A stretch of 64,000 nucleotides of DNA from Podarcis gaigeae (GCA_964106915.2 OZ066917.1), one strand, 5' to 3'. Counted from the stretch's first letter, positions 38,301 to 53,300 are shown. Program-made: numbers and translations. Notes: generated by a model not told the origin, from the sequence alone.

Positions 38301-41300
38301 GACTAAAAACTTCAAACCTTGTTTGTTAAGTGGGCCAGTTAATGGTTCAGATGTTAGTTTCCCTGCTACTTTATTACCAGGGAATTTGTTTTTTCCTACC
38401 TTTAAATTTAGTTTACTAGTTCTCCTGCCGGTCTTAGTTTGTTTCCATGGTCCTATATTATAATTTTGTAAGCAAAAGTAAGTGAGAAACTCTTAACCAG
38501 GATGCAGTTTTGGAGCTGCCTGGTGTAAACATTGTTTGGCTGTCCCTTTCCAAGATATTAGATTTCTCTTTAGGCTAGTAGTTCTAGTATGTCATTCTAA
38601 GGACTTGAGACTGTGCAGTGGCCTCTGGTACATGTATTAGAGTATGGGCCTGTGAAATGCTGATGTATCCACCTTTGTGACTGTTGCGTTGTCCTTTCCT
38701 ACAGTCTCTTCAGCTGTTACGTCCATCTTGAGAGAAACTTTGTGGCCACAACTGCTGGTCATTCTTCTGAATAGTGGTTCATCTCAGCCGTTCACTGAGC
38801 ACTGTCAAGTTCTTTCCAAGTTACTGCCGCCTCCAGAAACAGAGCCATTCTCTAATTTAACAGAGAAATTACTTTTATCTCTTGAGATGGCGGGAAATCA
38901 TGAACAGTAAGTCTACTTATTTTGTGCTTATTAGTTCCAGTTCTCCATAATGACCAGTCAATTACAATAAGCACAAGCACATGGCCTCCATTCTCAGGTA
39001 CCTGCTGTCAATGTGAAGTAGTATTTGAATACTTCAAATAGATAGAAATCATCTAAAGTATATCATCTTTTGCTGAGTCACATCAGTGTAGGTAAATACC
39101 AGACGGAACATCAATATTGGGGGGGTATGCTCAATGTTAATAATCAGAATTAATGAAATATGGTAAAATTTAATAATAAGATAAAATAAAAATGTTGGGC
39201 GAATGTGATGTCTGCTACACTTTAGAAATTTACACAAGATAAAATAAAAATGTGATAAACTTTAATAAAAATGTAATAAGCTTCACTACTGCAGCTTGGC
39301 TAGATCAGAATGCCTGTTGCATTTTTCTTTTTTAAACATTGATCTGTGTCTGTTATCAGAAGAGAAAGAGTTGCTTCAAGTATGACGCCAAACCTGTTTG
39401 ACACTATTTGAATGAACTCTGCCCATACACTCCGGCATCATCCCCTGCCATGATCAGCCAGTTGCCAGTTCTTTGGATCACTTATTCAGCATTAATCCAT
39501 AGTTCACCATTAGATCTGAAATGTGCTGATATTGTCATTTACTTGCAAACAAGGTTTGCAAACCATGGTTTTGACCTGTTTTGCAATCCTGATTTTTAGG
39601 CAAAGTATTGGCTTGTGCAAGCCATTGTTCGCCTGATTCAGATGTTATGACAAACTGTTGTCTGCTGCTGAATCTGAACTGAAGGAGGAAACCAGAGCAG
39701 GGAAGGAGAGGGTGCAAAAGGCTCATCCATGTACCATCAAACTAAGTTTGGCATTTTGTGTGAACTGGGCCAAATAAATGAAGCTTCTTTTGCACCAGGA
39801 TAGCAATAGACATTTTATCACAAAGAGAGAAACCATATGTGGTGGTCATGATGACTCACTGTGCAATTACTTTCCTGATCTGCAAAGTATTCCATCCCAT
39901 TGTGTTTAACAGTCTAGCAAAACATGCATAAGACTTCTGCAACCCTCCATAATGCCTAAGAAGTCACTAGTCTAGACCAATCAGTGGCTGTGTATTTTCA
40001 GTAGGGGGACTATCCTCATGGCTCTCTGAGAACTCAGGGCACTTCTAACATCCTCTCCTGATTCAGCAGAACTTTCAGGTCTAGAAAGCAACTAATAAAC
40101 GCTCCATTTCCCAGCAATTTAAGGTTGGGGGGCAGTAGTTGAAATGAACACAAAAGCTACCATTTCATTACTCTTTTCAAACCTCTCTAGCTGGGTGATT
40201 GCTGACGCTGTATGCAGAGCTCTGGAGAGCTCTGCAGAGAAGTTGCATTCATGGAGGAAACGTCTGCTAGTTGCCTGCATGAAGTGGTTGATCCTCACGT
40301 ACAGCAGTAACAGAGAACAAGAAGCCCACTCGGAAATTGAGAGTGCCGTGCTGTTGAGGCTAGAGAAAATACTGGTGAGAATTAGGGGATTTCTCTCTCC
40401 CCCCCCCCCCCCGCCCCAAGTTGTTGGACGTTATTCTAAGCAGGGTGGTAGTATCAAGCAACAACCGCAGGGGAGTAATGTGACCACTAGAGGGTGCATA
40501 TGCACAGGCTGTTGCACATGAAAGTGCAAACTTCTTTAGAAAATTATTCTTTGCTCTACCTACTTTCTCTACCTTTTTCCAGCTTCAGCTGTGACCCTCC
40601 TGACAAAACCAAACCTTGCCACAGACACCCATAGTCCAATGACTTGCAGGCTAGATTACTGCAACATGCTCTGCATAGGGCCTTCCATTGAAAAGTGTTC
40701 ACAAATGTCAGCCAGGGCAAGATTCAACTGGGCACTTTGGGTTTATCATGCCAGTTTTGTGTGATCTGATTGATGGCAGGTTTCCTTCTGGGCTCAATTT
40801 AAGGGGTTCTGTTTAACTTCTAAAGGCGTAAGCAGCTTAGGATCTGCATAGTTTATTCCATATGAGCCTCCCTCCATACACGAATCATCATCTGAGGCCT
40901 TCCTCCAGATCCCATGAAGAATGCTTGGCAGTGCCCAGGGCCTCTCCTGCAGGGAACTCACCCTCTGGAACACATTGCTTAACATGCTGCATCAAGACTG
41001 CTTTTGGCTGAGCATTTCCTCTCTGTTGTATTTTGATGTTTTAATTCTGACTGCTGCCTGGACATTTTTTGTGGTCTTGGCTCCTCATGCTAGTATTTTA
41101 GTTTATGATTTTAGTTCAGTGGTTCCCCACCTCCCATGGACCACCTGAAAATTGCTGATGGCCTTGACAGGCAGCTTAATGATTTTTCAGCCTGTTGTAG
41201 CCATTGTAATGTGTTGTGCTAGATACTGTATTATTTTTAATTCTGGGGATTTTTGCTGCTTTTCCTCCTTGTGTTTTCTAATACAATGGTACCTCGGGTT

Positions 41301-44268
41301 AAGTACTTAATTGGTTCCGGAGGTCCATTCTTAACTTGAAACTGTTCTTAACCTGAAGCACCACTTTAGCTAATGGGGCCTCCTGCTGCTGCCACGCCGC
41401 CAGAGCATGATTTCTGTTCTCATCTTGAAGCAAAGTTCTTAACCCGAGGTACTATTTCTGGGTTAGTGGAGTCTGTAACCTGAAGCATATGTAACCCAAG
41501 GTACCACTGCATTGCAATTTGCATTCCCATGAAGTGTTATCCCTGCACCACCACATCCCCACTGTCATATGTTTAAGTGTTGTTTTGCTGTTTCCTACCT
41601 ACCTAGAACTCAGTAACTGAGGTGACTCCAGAAGACTGGCACAGTTTTGTGAAGATGGGACTCAAGTAAGCATGTTTAGGTTTATAAGAGTATTTTTTGC
41701 TGCTACAATGACATACAACACTGAGCTTAGGGTTGCTTATGGCTCACTAGGCAGTAGTTTTGCTTTTGTTAATAGATGTTCACCAATTGATATCATACAC
41801 AGTACTTTTAAAGCGGTGTGGCAAAGTGGTTGACAGACCAAACCAACTCCTGGGATATAATTCTTTCTTTCATTCACTTTGCAGGCAGAGTGCATGATTT
41901 TTATCTCAACGTCTCTTTAAATCTCTGTCATGTAGGTACCGTTATAAAGACCAGGGCTTTCTGAAAACTCTGAATGCAGCTATCAATTTACTGTACCAGA
42001 AAGGAATCCCTGCTGCTCAGAGATTAGTGAAGCTGTCGGTGCTTTATATGATGATCACGCAGCACTCCTTATTTTTGTCAACTATGCTGAGGTCGCAAGA
42101 AGGTGATGACACAAACATTCATGAAAGAGGTATCACCTTCTCATTTGTTTCCTTGTGTATCTATATATAACCCAAGTGTCTTTCACGTGTTGTTTTTCAT
42201 CCTTCCACTTGCCAGCCCACCTAGATGTTTTCAGAGCTGCTGTATCTAGAACATAATTATTTTAGCATTTACCTTTTAACATATTACTAACTCTTCTCTA
42301 TTATCATTGCGTTGTCCCTTTTCTGTATATTTTTTCAGCTCCAGTGCCTTTTCTTACTATCTATTTGCATTTGGATTGCATTTATTTATCATTGAACTTA
42401 GCATTTCTTACTTTATTTTTTATTCTTTGGCTATATATTTCTGAAACAGTTATTGCAGTATTGTATACAGCTTTGTCTATTTTGTAATTAAGCATGCTAA
42501 AAAATAGCCCACTTGTTTTGGGTTACCTGGTCTTACTGGGATATTTACAGTGCTAGTTGAAATCCTCAGAATCTCAGCTTTGTCCCTTTTTCTTAGGAAA
42601 TGACATAGTGGAATTTATCCTAGACTAGATGCAGGAATAGGTGGAGTAATGCAAATTGAAAGAATCTGGGCTACACAGCATCATTTAAGAGCTTACAAAA
42701 AGGAACCCTGGAAAAACCTATGCAAAAGTTGTTTAATTAACCCCGATACCCATTAATTAGCACAAGGGCAGAAGTTCCCATGTTACACTGGATGGGGATT
42801 AGAGGAGAAAGGAAGGATGGCCCAATTAATTTCCGCACAAAACTTGAATGGAATGTGTGGGAAGCTTGAGTAGCTGGAACTGTGTGGATCAGTGCTGCAG
42901 AACTGCCGTTTACCTGGACTACGCAGCGAGGGGGCAAACCAGAAGTGAGATCAGGGCTCCATGGGTGCAGCATTAGAGCCAATCTGGTGCTCCCTTTAAA
43001 CTTTGTTCTTCCCCCTTACCTTTGTCTTGGTAAGAGGCAGGGGCATTGGTATCAGAAAGGCAGCGCTGCCCCACCACACTGTCTGTTCCTGGTGATAAAA
43101 TAATACTTTTCAAGGCCCCCTTCATATTGGAACACATGTTTTATGAATTGAAAAGGGCCTTCATTTTCTTCAAAAACAAAAAGCCCTATGTGAAAGCGAT
43201 GAACATTTCACAGTTATATAATAATGTGTTTTCCATTTTGTTGGCAACAGTCACTGTCCACTGGGAAGTTCTCCTGCGTGGCTAAAATGAATGGGAGCTT
43301 CATGAAAGCTCTCATGGTGCTCCATTCATCTCAGCAGGTCTTGCCCCAAAGAACAGCCTAGCAGTGTGAGTGACCAGCACCATTGTTGTTAGGAAGCACC
43401 TGAGCAACTGTAGTATTCTCAAATTGCTTGACAAGAGACGATAAGTCATTTGGAAGAGGGAAAAAATATTTTTACTTTTTGCTTTAGAGGCATTAGTGGA
43501 CATCCTGCTGACTCTAGTGAAACTCTGCCCTGCAGTTTGTGAGAGCAACCATTTTGCTGTGTTGCTTGGAGCCTACGGTGCAACACTGAGCACTACAGGT
43601 AAGCGTATTTGCAGTTGAAAGAGATGCATGGCCTAATTTTTGAGACTTCTTAAAATGCAGCAGCCAAACTACCATGTGTGTCATATGTAGTAGCTCAGAC
43701 AAATCCTACAGTTCCTGGGTGGTTCGGGAAAATGACCAAAGAAATAAGTGCATGCATGCATTCTAAGGAGTTTAAGTGAAGTAATTTTCCTATCCTCTTT
43801 TTGTTCCCATTGTCAAAAGGGAACTATTTGAAATGGGACTAAACAAAGATAAAAGGAGAGAAAGAAACAGCGTCTTAGGAGACATGGGTAGTGGTCAAGA
43901 AGTGGCAGGAGTAGTAGCTGGAAGGGAACTGTATTTGGAGGTTCAGAGACTGGTTGGTCTGAGGGTTGTGGCTTAGGTAAAGGAAGTACAGAGCAGTAGC
44001 CTGAGGGAAACTGAGTAGGGTGTGGTGTGTTTTGTACAACAGAATGCCACAAAGACTTCAGTATGTGGTTCTTAATACTGATCCACAGGCATTCATATGT
44101 CATCTGCTGTGCCTTTAGATGATAACTTGCAGCAGAACATGTGCACTGCCTTCATTGCAAAGTATTGTGTTCAAAATGATGTCAGGTGAAAAACCTCTCT
44201 TGATTAAGGTTAAAGTTCTTACTCAATGTTGCAGAAATCAATAGTTGCATGTGCCCAAAGGTTTGCAC

Positions 44269-44314
<46 letters not shown>

Positions 44315-47300
44315 ATTTTTTTCTCTTTTTTATTTTAGACCAGAAGATATTGCAGCTGCTTAAATTGTATGAAAAGAATGGTCTAAGCCTTGTAAACTTC
44401 AGGTTAGTTGACTGCCATGTTCGTCAGTGTATCGGGTAGATAATGTGTACAGTGTGTGTCAGGTTTGCCTTCCTGTGGATTACGTGCCTCAGGTATTTGC
44501 ATATACAAAGGGCATGTTGAGGGGAGTTTAAACCTGTGCAGAGGAACAGTTATTCCTTAAAACTAGTGGTAGGGATGGGAATGGAATCTGATAGACTGCA
44601 GTTCCAAAGTTGACTCACCTGATCCATTTTAGAATCTGAACATTGACAGATTCTTTCAACTCACCCTGAATCATTTATGGGTTATTCCAAGAGTCTGCCT
44701 CTCTGTTCACATCATACTGTACATTCTTTTTAAAAGGTATCTATTCTTTCCTCTGTGAACCCACCCACCTCCTGAGGTTTATCCCACCTTCTTCCGTGGT
44801 GGAACCCTTGGAAATGAATTCTAATTTTTTTTTAATAGAAAAAAGCATTTTCTTTCATTGAGTGATATTGTGGCAGCTACCAAAAAAACTGTGTTGTTTA
44901 TTGCTGATACTGTGATACTGTGTAGGAGGCAGTATTGCAGCCTTTCTCTAAGAGCCAAGATGGCTAAAAAGGAACACAGCAGAGTGACTGTTGCTTCGTA
45001 GTTTAATTTTGTTTCAAAGTGCTTTGGAAGGAAAACTAAGGTTGTCAAGGAAACACATCCTACCTTTGGTTTCTCTGGTAATAAATAAAGAAGTGAAGAG
45101 AAAAGGAAAACATTGTTCTACCATTTACAGGTCAAATTGCTTTGTGTAATTGCTATCTTCTCTTCATATACAAAGTTGGAAAACACATAGCATCTTAATA
45201 TGATTCCAGAATCCTGCTTTGGGGTCCAGCTGCTGTGGAACACCATAAGACATGCAAGAGTCTGGGAAGGTCCCTGTGGCAGCAGCCAAGCATGGAAGAA
45301 ATTCTGTGTCTGCTAGACCGAGAAATGATGATGAGGACCATTCTCCATTTCCCACAGCATCGGCATCTCCTGTCCACAGAGGTGCCTTCATCTGACCACA
45401 GATTTCTGTCCTTTTAAAAACATACGTACAGTAGAACCATTTTAGTCTTAGGTCATTTATCTTGAAAGTGGCATTGTTAATAGTCACAGTGGCAGTCATA
45501 GCATCTGGTTGATTTATATTAAAGGGCCTTATTCCTCTTTTCTTTTCTTTTCTTTTCTTTTTTAATGTAACGACTGCATAGTCTGTTTGAAAGCTGCGAA
45601 ACTGCAATCCTTTCAGTTCAGTGAGGTTTCAGAGTTGGGTGCTAATTATGATCTAGGAATTAACCACCAAACCCTTGGGCCAAAATTGTAGCAGCTATTG
45701 AGGAAATGTAAAGCTTTTTCCTGCAAAAGAGAGATGCAGCCAGGCTGCAAATCCTAGACACACTTAGCTGGAAACTGAAATCAGTGGGGTTTACTTCTGC
45801 GTTGACATGCATAGGATCCGTGGCTTCTAACCCTTTAGTGGGCTATGGGCTTACCTCCACAGTCGGAGCCAGCATGCTTCTGAAAACCAGTAGATGAAAA
45901 CTGCAGGAAGGGAGAGCTCTATTGTGCTCAAGCCCCGCTTGCAGGCTTCCCCTAGGTATCTGGTTGGTGACTGAGAACAAGATGGACCATTGACCTCATC
46001 TAGCAGGCTCTTCTTAATTTCTTATTGCACAGCAGTCATTGAGGTCAGGGAAAGCTGTAAAAAAACAACCCAAAGCAGTAACACAGCTATCACCGAGCTT
46101 TAGGATGCCCTGCGGTTCTTATATGATGACTGTTATGAGAAGGCTTTCACGGCAGCTAAAAAACATGTCAATTAAAATTCAGTCATACCTTATTTTATAT
46201 CCTGTATTTAGGAAGAACAGATGCTCCTAAGCAAAGGCAAAAGCGAAGTGGCTCTTCAGGATCTCTATGACCCCTGTTTTCTCCTTCATCTCTTCAGTGA
46301 ATTGTTGAGACCAGGTATAGGAAATGGTTTTCTTGTATTTTAGGAAGCATTTAGTGTGAAACTGTAAACATAGACCCCCCCAAAAGTTATGGCTTGAAAA
46401 CTGTCAAAGATTTGCTATGCAGGTCTGAGGTTGCAGCTAAGCTTGTGTGATTTTAAAAAAAAGGCAATGGCTGATCTCCATTTTTGAGAATATAAATTTT
46501 GTTACCCAGATCTTTCTGCAGCCTTAAGCCAAACAATAAGGTAGAGAGCACAAATAAAAGAGCTGGCAGTTTTTATATTGACAAGGCAGGCTATTACACT
46601 GAACCATTTTTTGTTGGTTATTTTGTTAGTTTGTTAGTTTTCTTCCTCCCCCCGTCCTTGCTTTATATAACCTCCAGCCCAATCAAAAGTTTTGACAGAA
46701 CCCAAAGCACGCGTCATTTTGGTTGGTTCTAAGAAATATGTTGGCCAACAGTGGATTTTGGAATATTTCTTGTGGTTTCCAATGCTGTTTCCTTTGCTTT
46801 TTATTTGTGTTCCTGGTTTAGTCTGAGGCCTGTGTAATTGGACGCAAGCTCTTTATGCACATCTGCTGAGCTAACATAGTACGCTTTATATATCTGTCTT
46901 ATCTGTTTATAAAATGCTTCAAAATCCGGAGCTCATTTGCATTATGGCATCTGGTTTGCGTTTGCCCAGGAGTCACGGCATCGTCTAAAACAGGTGGCTA
47001 GTTGATAATGTAATTGCTTATTAAACTATTTACTCTTCCATTCAGAGCAGACATCAGATATCAAATTGACCCCAAAGGCTTTAATTATACTTTTTAAAGA
47101 AAACAAGAAGGGGTTTTGAGATGGAGGAAGAACATCATCTGACACAGCAGCACACACAGTTTTGGAAGGGCCGCCAGTGCACTTGGCAGTCACCGTTTTG
47201 GTTTTGCATTCATCGTCTTGGTACCTGCCACTTACCATCTCCATTTTCCCAACCAAAATTTTTCACTCAACAATTGAAAAAAAGACCCAATGCTTCTTTT

Positions 47301-50300
47301 AATAGTGAAGGGGTGGGTGGGTGTTTTCCCCCACAGCATCTCCTGTCCTGTATTTTGTTACGTTGTTTTGCAGGAGTTTGGAATCATTAGATTTGTCAGT
47401 GCTATGAGGAATATTGGCTGCTGCTGGATTGAGTATGTGAAATCTGGGTGGAGCGGGGGCATAAAAGGAAATTCAAGTGGCTGAGAAGCTACACACAGTT
47501 AGGCCACATGAACAGGTGTTTCGTTTTTGTTTTTTGAGAAAGCTACCAAGCAGGCAGGATTTCCAAATCAAATTTGAAAGAAGAAAGAGAGACTGTGTAG
47601 TGAGTACAGCATTTAAGGGTATGTGGTAGTGGGAGTAAGTAGGTTGATTTAAATAGGGTGAAGCAGAGCTTGTTTTTAGTCTTGGGTGGGAGAAGACAAT
47701 TTTTCATCTTTGGAATGGCAACCTCTTCCCACCACCAGAAACAATATTGTTTTGAAAAGCACTGCTTGCTTTGATTCTCTGTTTTTGTGGATGATTTGTT
47801 ACCTCACCTGTCCACCGACTCTTGTTTACTTTTCCTTGTGGCTTCATAGCCATAGCTTCTCTTAGCTTGCGTTACCACAGAAAGAAAATCTTTTCTGGTC
47901 AGTGGCAGCAAGGCATTCTGTGAATGTGTGAAAGCATTTGCTTAGGTCACAGGCATGGCCAAACTTGGCCCTCCAGCTGTTTGGGGACTACGGTTCCATC
48001 ATCCCTATCCACTGGTCCTGTTAGCTAGGGATGATGGGAGTTGTAATCCCAAAACAGCTAGAGGGCCAAGTTTGGCCATGCCTGGTGTAGGACATGGGAG
48101 CATCCAGCTAAAGGCTGTCCACCCCACTACAGTCAAAACCAGATATTTTCCCCATTATGATTCCTGTATCATTTTTGTCTTTCTCACTAACACCATCCAA
48201 GCTGCAGATCTTGCTTTGGTTCCTCTTTGCCTCTCTTGCTGCCTCAGTTCCCTGAGGCTTTCTCCCACTTACTGCATCACACAATCCTTCCTTTTATCCT
48301 TCAAATAATCTTTTAAGAACCTGCTGTCTCCATGGAATCTTTTGACAGCCGTTCGTTCTGAACGTGCTCTATGGAACAACCCCAAACATGCTGGGCCGTT
48401 ACAGCAGGTGGCCGAAAGGGTCTTTGTTATATTTTTTGCTTCCTACATGTGTTTATAACAGTCTCCTGTGAATAAATGTTCCATAATTGCTTCTCACTGG
48501 GCGTAAAAGCCCCAAATGAAATACAAAAGGGGAAAAAGACACCTCTAGAACTGATCATTATCTCAGCAGCCGTTTCCCCTTGATTTTTCCAAGGTTTTGT
48601 AAACAAAACTGTATGTCCAACATAAATTAAACTTGCTGTCAAGTTTCATTTTGCCAAGGCCAGGTCCAGCATTGATGTTTCCTTCCATGACCTATACTCC
48701 TATTTCCAGATTAATCTTCACTCCATAAATTTAGGGCTAGCCCCCAAAATACAGAACAAGATTCCTTGTTGACAGAATCTCTCTTTTAGTAAGGGAAAAG
48801 GGGTGGCTCACGGGGAAAAGATTCAGCTGTAATTGCTCTGCCTTCCAGTTCCAAACTTTCAATCACTAGCTTGAAGTAGAATCACTGCTCCACAAATACA
48901 CATGCACTGATGAAACAGAAATAGAGATCCTTGTTACCAAGCTGTATCAAACACCACATGGTACAAACAAAAGCATGGTAAAGAGTAATTAGTTCTGTTT
49001 TAATTGACCCTGTATGTGCACCTCGGTGTATGGGAAGGAGGGCTACAAAGAGATAGGGTTTGGGTGGTGCCAGAATGGAAGGCTCCTTAGAAACTCAGGT
49101 GCAAGAGGGTTTCTGTCTTTATTTGCTTAAGCAGAGGCAATTCAGAGAGATTCTATCTTGAATTCTTTGTTGCAGAAGAATAGAAGAGGATAATTTTCTA
49201 ATCAGGCATTCATTCACTCTTCTTCTAGAAATTGCTATGATTTAATGTGCATACCTATAATTTAGTCTTCCTTTAAAAAATTACCTTGTAAAAGATTTTG
49301 AGAGTTTCCTTTTTACATTTTAAAACATTCCTTCCCCTTCCTTTTTTCCTATGTAGAGTGTGTTGTAGCATATCATAAGTTTGTTGACGTCAATGCCTTG
49401 GGTCTGGCAGTAGCAGCCCTTAGCAGCTATGACAGTAACATGCGAGCGGCAGCATACTATGTCCTGAGCTCTTTCCGCTCTCACCTGGAAGGGGCTCGGT
49501 TTAGAGAACAGAAACAGGTAAGGAGTTAACTTTAGCTTTCCTAAAGTATGCAGTGGTTTGAAAACATGCCTAAGTCTAAACTTGCTCTGAAAGCATCTCC
49601 TAGGATAACTGTATTGCTAACTGCCAAAGATGTCAATATGCTTCTGATTTTCAGGGTACTATGTAACTTCCTTGCCCACCTCCCAGTTTTCCAAATTATG
49701 TATAGGACTCAACCCACGAGTGAAATACAGAACTTAATATTTCCCATTCATTTGTATTAGTAATCATTTCCTCATCACTTCCATTCAGTTATATTAGGAT
49801 AGGTATTCTAATTCAATTGAGTATAATTTCTATACTATGATTAACATATACTTTCTGCAGTTTCTGATGAAAATCATACTGTGTTGTCATATGAGGACTG
49901 TGTTTACAATTGAGCAGTTACTGATAGGATCATACAACCAATTTCCTGATTATTTCTCTCTTTTTGTCTTGTGCTTCAGTTGGTTTACCTTATGGATGTT
50001 GTGCAGAATGGAATCAGACAACCAAATCTCAGATTTACTTTCCCTTTGGCACTGTATGTTTCAAGAGTAGCCCACCAAATGCTAAAGCCAGGTATTCTAG
50101 AACAAGTTACACCTGCTCTCTAATCTTCCTTCATTCATAAGATAACCATTTTGTTTTTGTTGGTTTTGTTTCAGAATGAAAAACAATGGCTTTTAGTCAA
50201 ATTGTACTTCCATTTTAGATATCCCTGTGATCATGAAATGTTTGTCAGATTTGTCATGCTGTAAAAGGAGAGATTTTTAAGATGAGCATAGAAATTTCTT

Positions 50301-53300
50301 GAGTTTAATAATGGAAATGATAAGGGCGTTTTTCATGCTACAGTAACCATTCTGTTTTCTTCCCAGAGGAGCACATGTACACAAAGCTGAACAAGTTCCT
50401 TCTATCTCATCAGTATTTGGATTTGAAGAAGGTGCCTGGATTTTTTCAGCTTTTCTACAGTTTTGATTCCGAGGTAATAGAAATCTGTGTAAACTGTCAT
50501 TCATGAATAGCACAATTATTTGCTTTCTGTTCTCTGTACACAAAAATCTGGTACCTGTCAAGTAATTCTGAGAATCTTTCTTTTCTTTTCCTGTCTGTTG
50601 CAACCAAATCACCATGTAAATAGTCTTTATAGTTGATTGCAGCACCCAGGATCTTCATTTCTAAACTCTGAGCATGGTAAAAGAGTCATTGTTCAGACAC
50701 TGAGATTAGTGTCCATGTGGCAGCCGCCTCTTCCTGTTACACAATTCTGTTCATGCATGGCCTCTTTATTTTTTCCTTCTGCTATTCACCACATTTTTGA
50801 AACACATTCCAAATTCCATATTTGCATTATTATTATTTTTAAAAGTATTTTTATTAAATTTTATCCATATAACCCAAATAACAAAATACAACAAACAAAA
50901 CACATAAAAACTAAACCAAATCACGGCAGGCATGGGATGTTACATTCACAAGAAAAAATGGTGAAGCTGGTTATCTGTGTGTTTGCGCTAAGATACAGAC
51001 AGGCAAGTGGAGCATCTTTTTCCCTACATTCAGTATGTGACTGTATAAGAAGGCACATTCTGAATGCAGAAAAATGATTAAAATTGTTTAAGCCGTTTAA
51101 AATAAGGAATGTGTATTATATTTAGCAACATCACAAATTACTAGCATATCTGGAATTTAGGTTTCTGTGTCTCTGTTTGCAGCATCATGTGTTCCCCCCC
51201 CCCCTTCTTTCTTCATCTTTATCCGATCTGTTGGAGACATTCCTATAGAGTGGAAATAGAGTGGAAAAGTTACAATAGTAATTTATGCTCCCTCTTTATT
51301 TTCCAGCACAAAATGGAGCGTGAATGGATTCTTGCAATTATTGGGGAAGGACTCAAAGACAAACACTGCTATGAACTATATGATTATCAGAGAATTTTCC
51401 ATGTCATTCTGTCTTTCTTCCATAGTCCGCTGTGTGATGAATCCTCCCAGGTAAAATGCAACTGAAACACATACAGATACTCCTAAAAGCTTTTAACTTA
51501 AAGCAAAAAGAAAACATTGAAGACTTTTTCTCTAAGAACTATTCTAATTCAGTCATATATTAAAAGAAAAACATCCAGTTAAGTCTTTAATGTGTCAAGA
51601 TATATCTCATTACTGTTTCTCTCCCCCACCTCACCCCAATATTTGCTAGTAAGGTTTTATAAAACTTAGTAATTATGTATGAATAGAAAGCTTGAGACAA
51701 AATTTGAAAATAACAAGCTATCTCCTAAGACCAAGGAGCGTGCTAAAAAGGCAGGGGGAAGTATTGTAAAATTGTTGAAAACACTAGAACCAAAAATATT
51801 GGGGTACTCTATATATATAACACATAGAAGCAAGATAAAGGTCACCAAGTATCCTTAGAATGTCTGTCTGCATTCTGGAGGAGTCATGGTACCATTTTGC
51901 ATGCATTTTAAGGCGAGATATTGAAGACAATGTTCAGATGGATACTGTAGATTCTGCCTACACTCATGAGAAGATAATTTCCAGAGTGACGCCATCTTTG
52001 ATGTATTCACTCCAAAAGACTGTTGGTCTCAAAGGTGCCACAGAACTCTTTTATTGTGTTTGCAGATAATTAGATCTAGTTGTTTTCCCCTTGTTTCATT
52101 CCCAAAGGCTTAAAATTGCAGCTGTGAAAGTTATTAAGGACATCTTATGTAACTAAATAATAATATTATTTTTTTGTCTTTCAGCATCAGATTCTGGAAA
52201 TACTTCAAAATGCTGCATACATCACCAAAGCTGCCTATCAGCTAATAAGAGATCACAGCCTATTAACTTGGATAATATCTGTACTAGATAAAAGGTGCAT
52301 AGAAGAGTATTCATGATTGATTGCTAAATAATTTCTTTCACCTTTTTAAATGTGCATATACGAGAGCAATAAATTAGGATAAGCATTTTTTGCTCGTAGA
52401 GGTCATGGTATGCCACTAAGGCAGGCTATCCTAAGAACATTTAGAAGGATGCCAGCTTCAATGAACAGACTTACTTTTGAACAAATGTGCATACAGTTGC
52501 ACAGTGAAACAGCTTAAGCCCTTTAAATCCTTTTACTTAGAGATACTTTAAAAACTTTGATTCTGTTAAAATGTTAGCCTGTACATATAATTATCAACTT
52601 AGTTAAGGATTATTAACTATAGTTTCCATGTAGTCCGAAGCTGCACTCCATGTGCCTGCAAAGACTTGAGTTCATTAACTGGAATTTAACAGAGTGTTCT
52701 ATTGCTTCTTTGGAGAAAACATTTTATTAATACTCTGTCGTCCTTGTTTGTTGAAGAAAACTTGGCCTCTAAATAGGTTTCTGAAATGTAATGTAACTGA
52801 ATTAATAGTCAGAAAACTGGCTGTGGCAATGTTTTATTTAAAAGCTGAATCTCCTGTTCTTGAAACTCAACTTAAATTCTCCAGGGATTAATAAAGAGGT
52901 TATGAGGATTGTTATGCTGTTAGTGGGAAAACGACACTGGGTTGTTCTGCCCATGGTTGCTGCTACTGTGGTTTGCTTTTAGCAACTTCAGCACTCTTCA
53001 GTTTAGGTCCCATATTAAACTGGTATGAATTAAAAGAAATGGGATCCTATTTTTGGCTTGCAGCGTTCATCTCTGAAAAACTGTTGAACTAAGTTTCTGT
53101 TTTCACACAGTTTCTCAGTACACACACATACACACTGTAGTGTTTGATGTGGGAAATGTGAATTTCCTACATGCATGTTCAAAGTCTACTCAAGGTTTAA
53201 ATCCTACAGTGACTCTTTCAAATAAATACATCAACAGGAACGTACACTCTGGATTCAGTCTTGGATTTTTCCCGTTCATTCATTTTTTCCCCTCAGGTGA

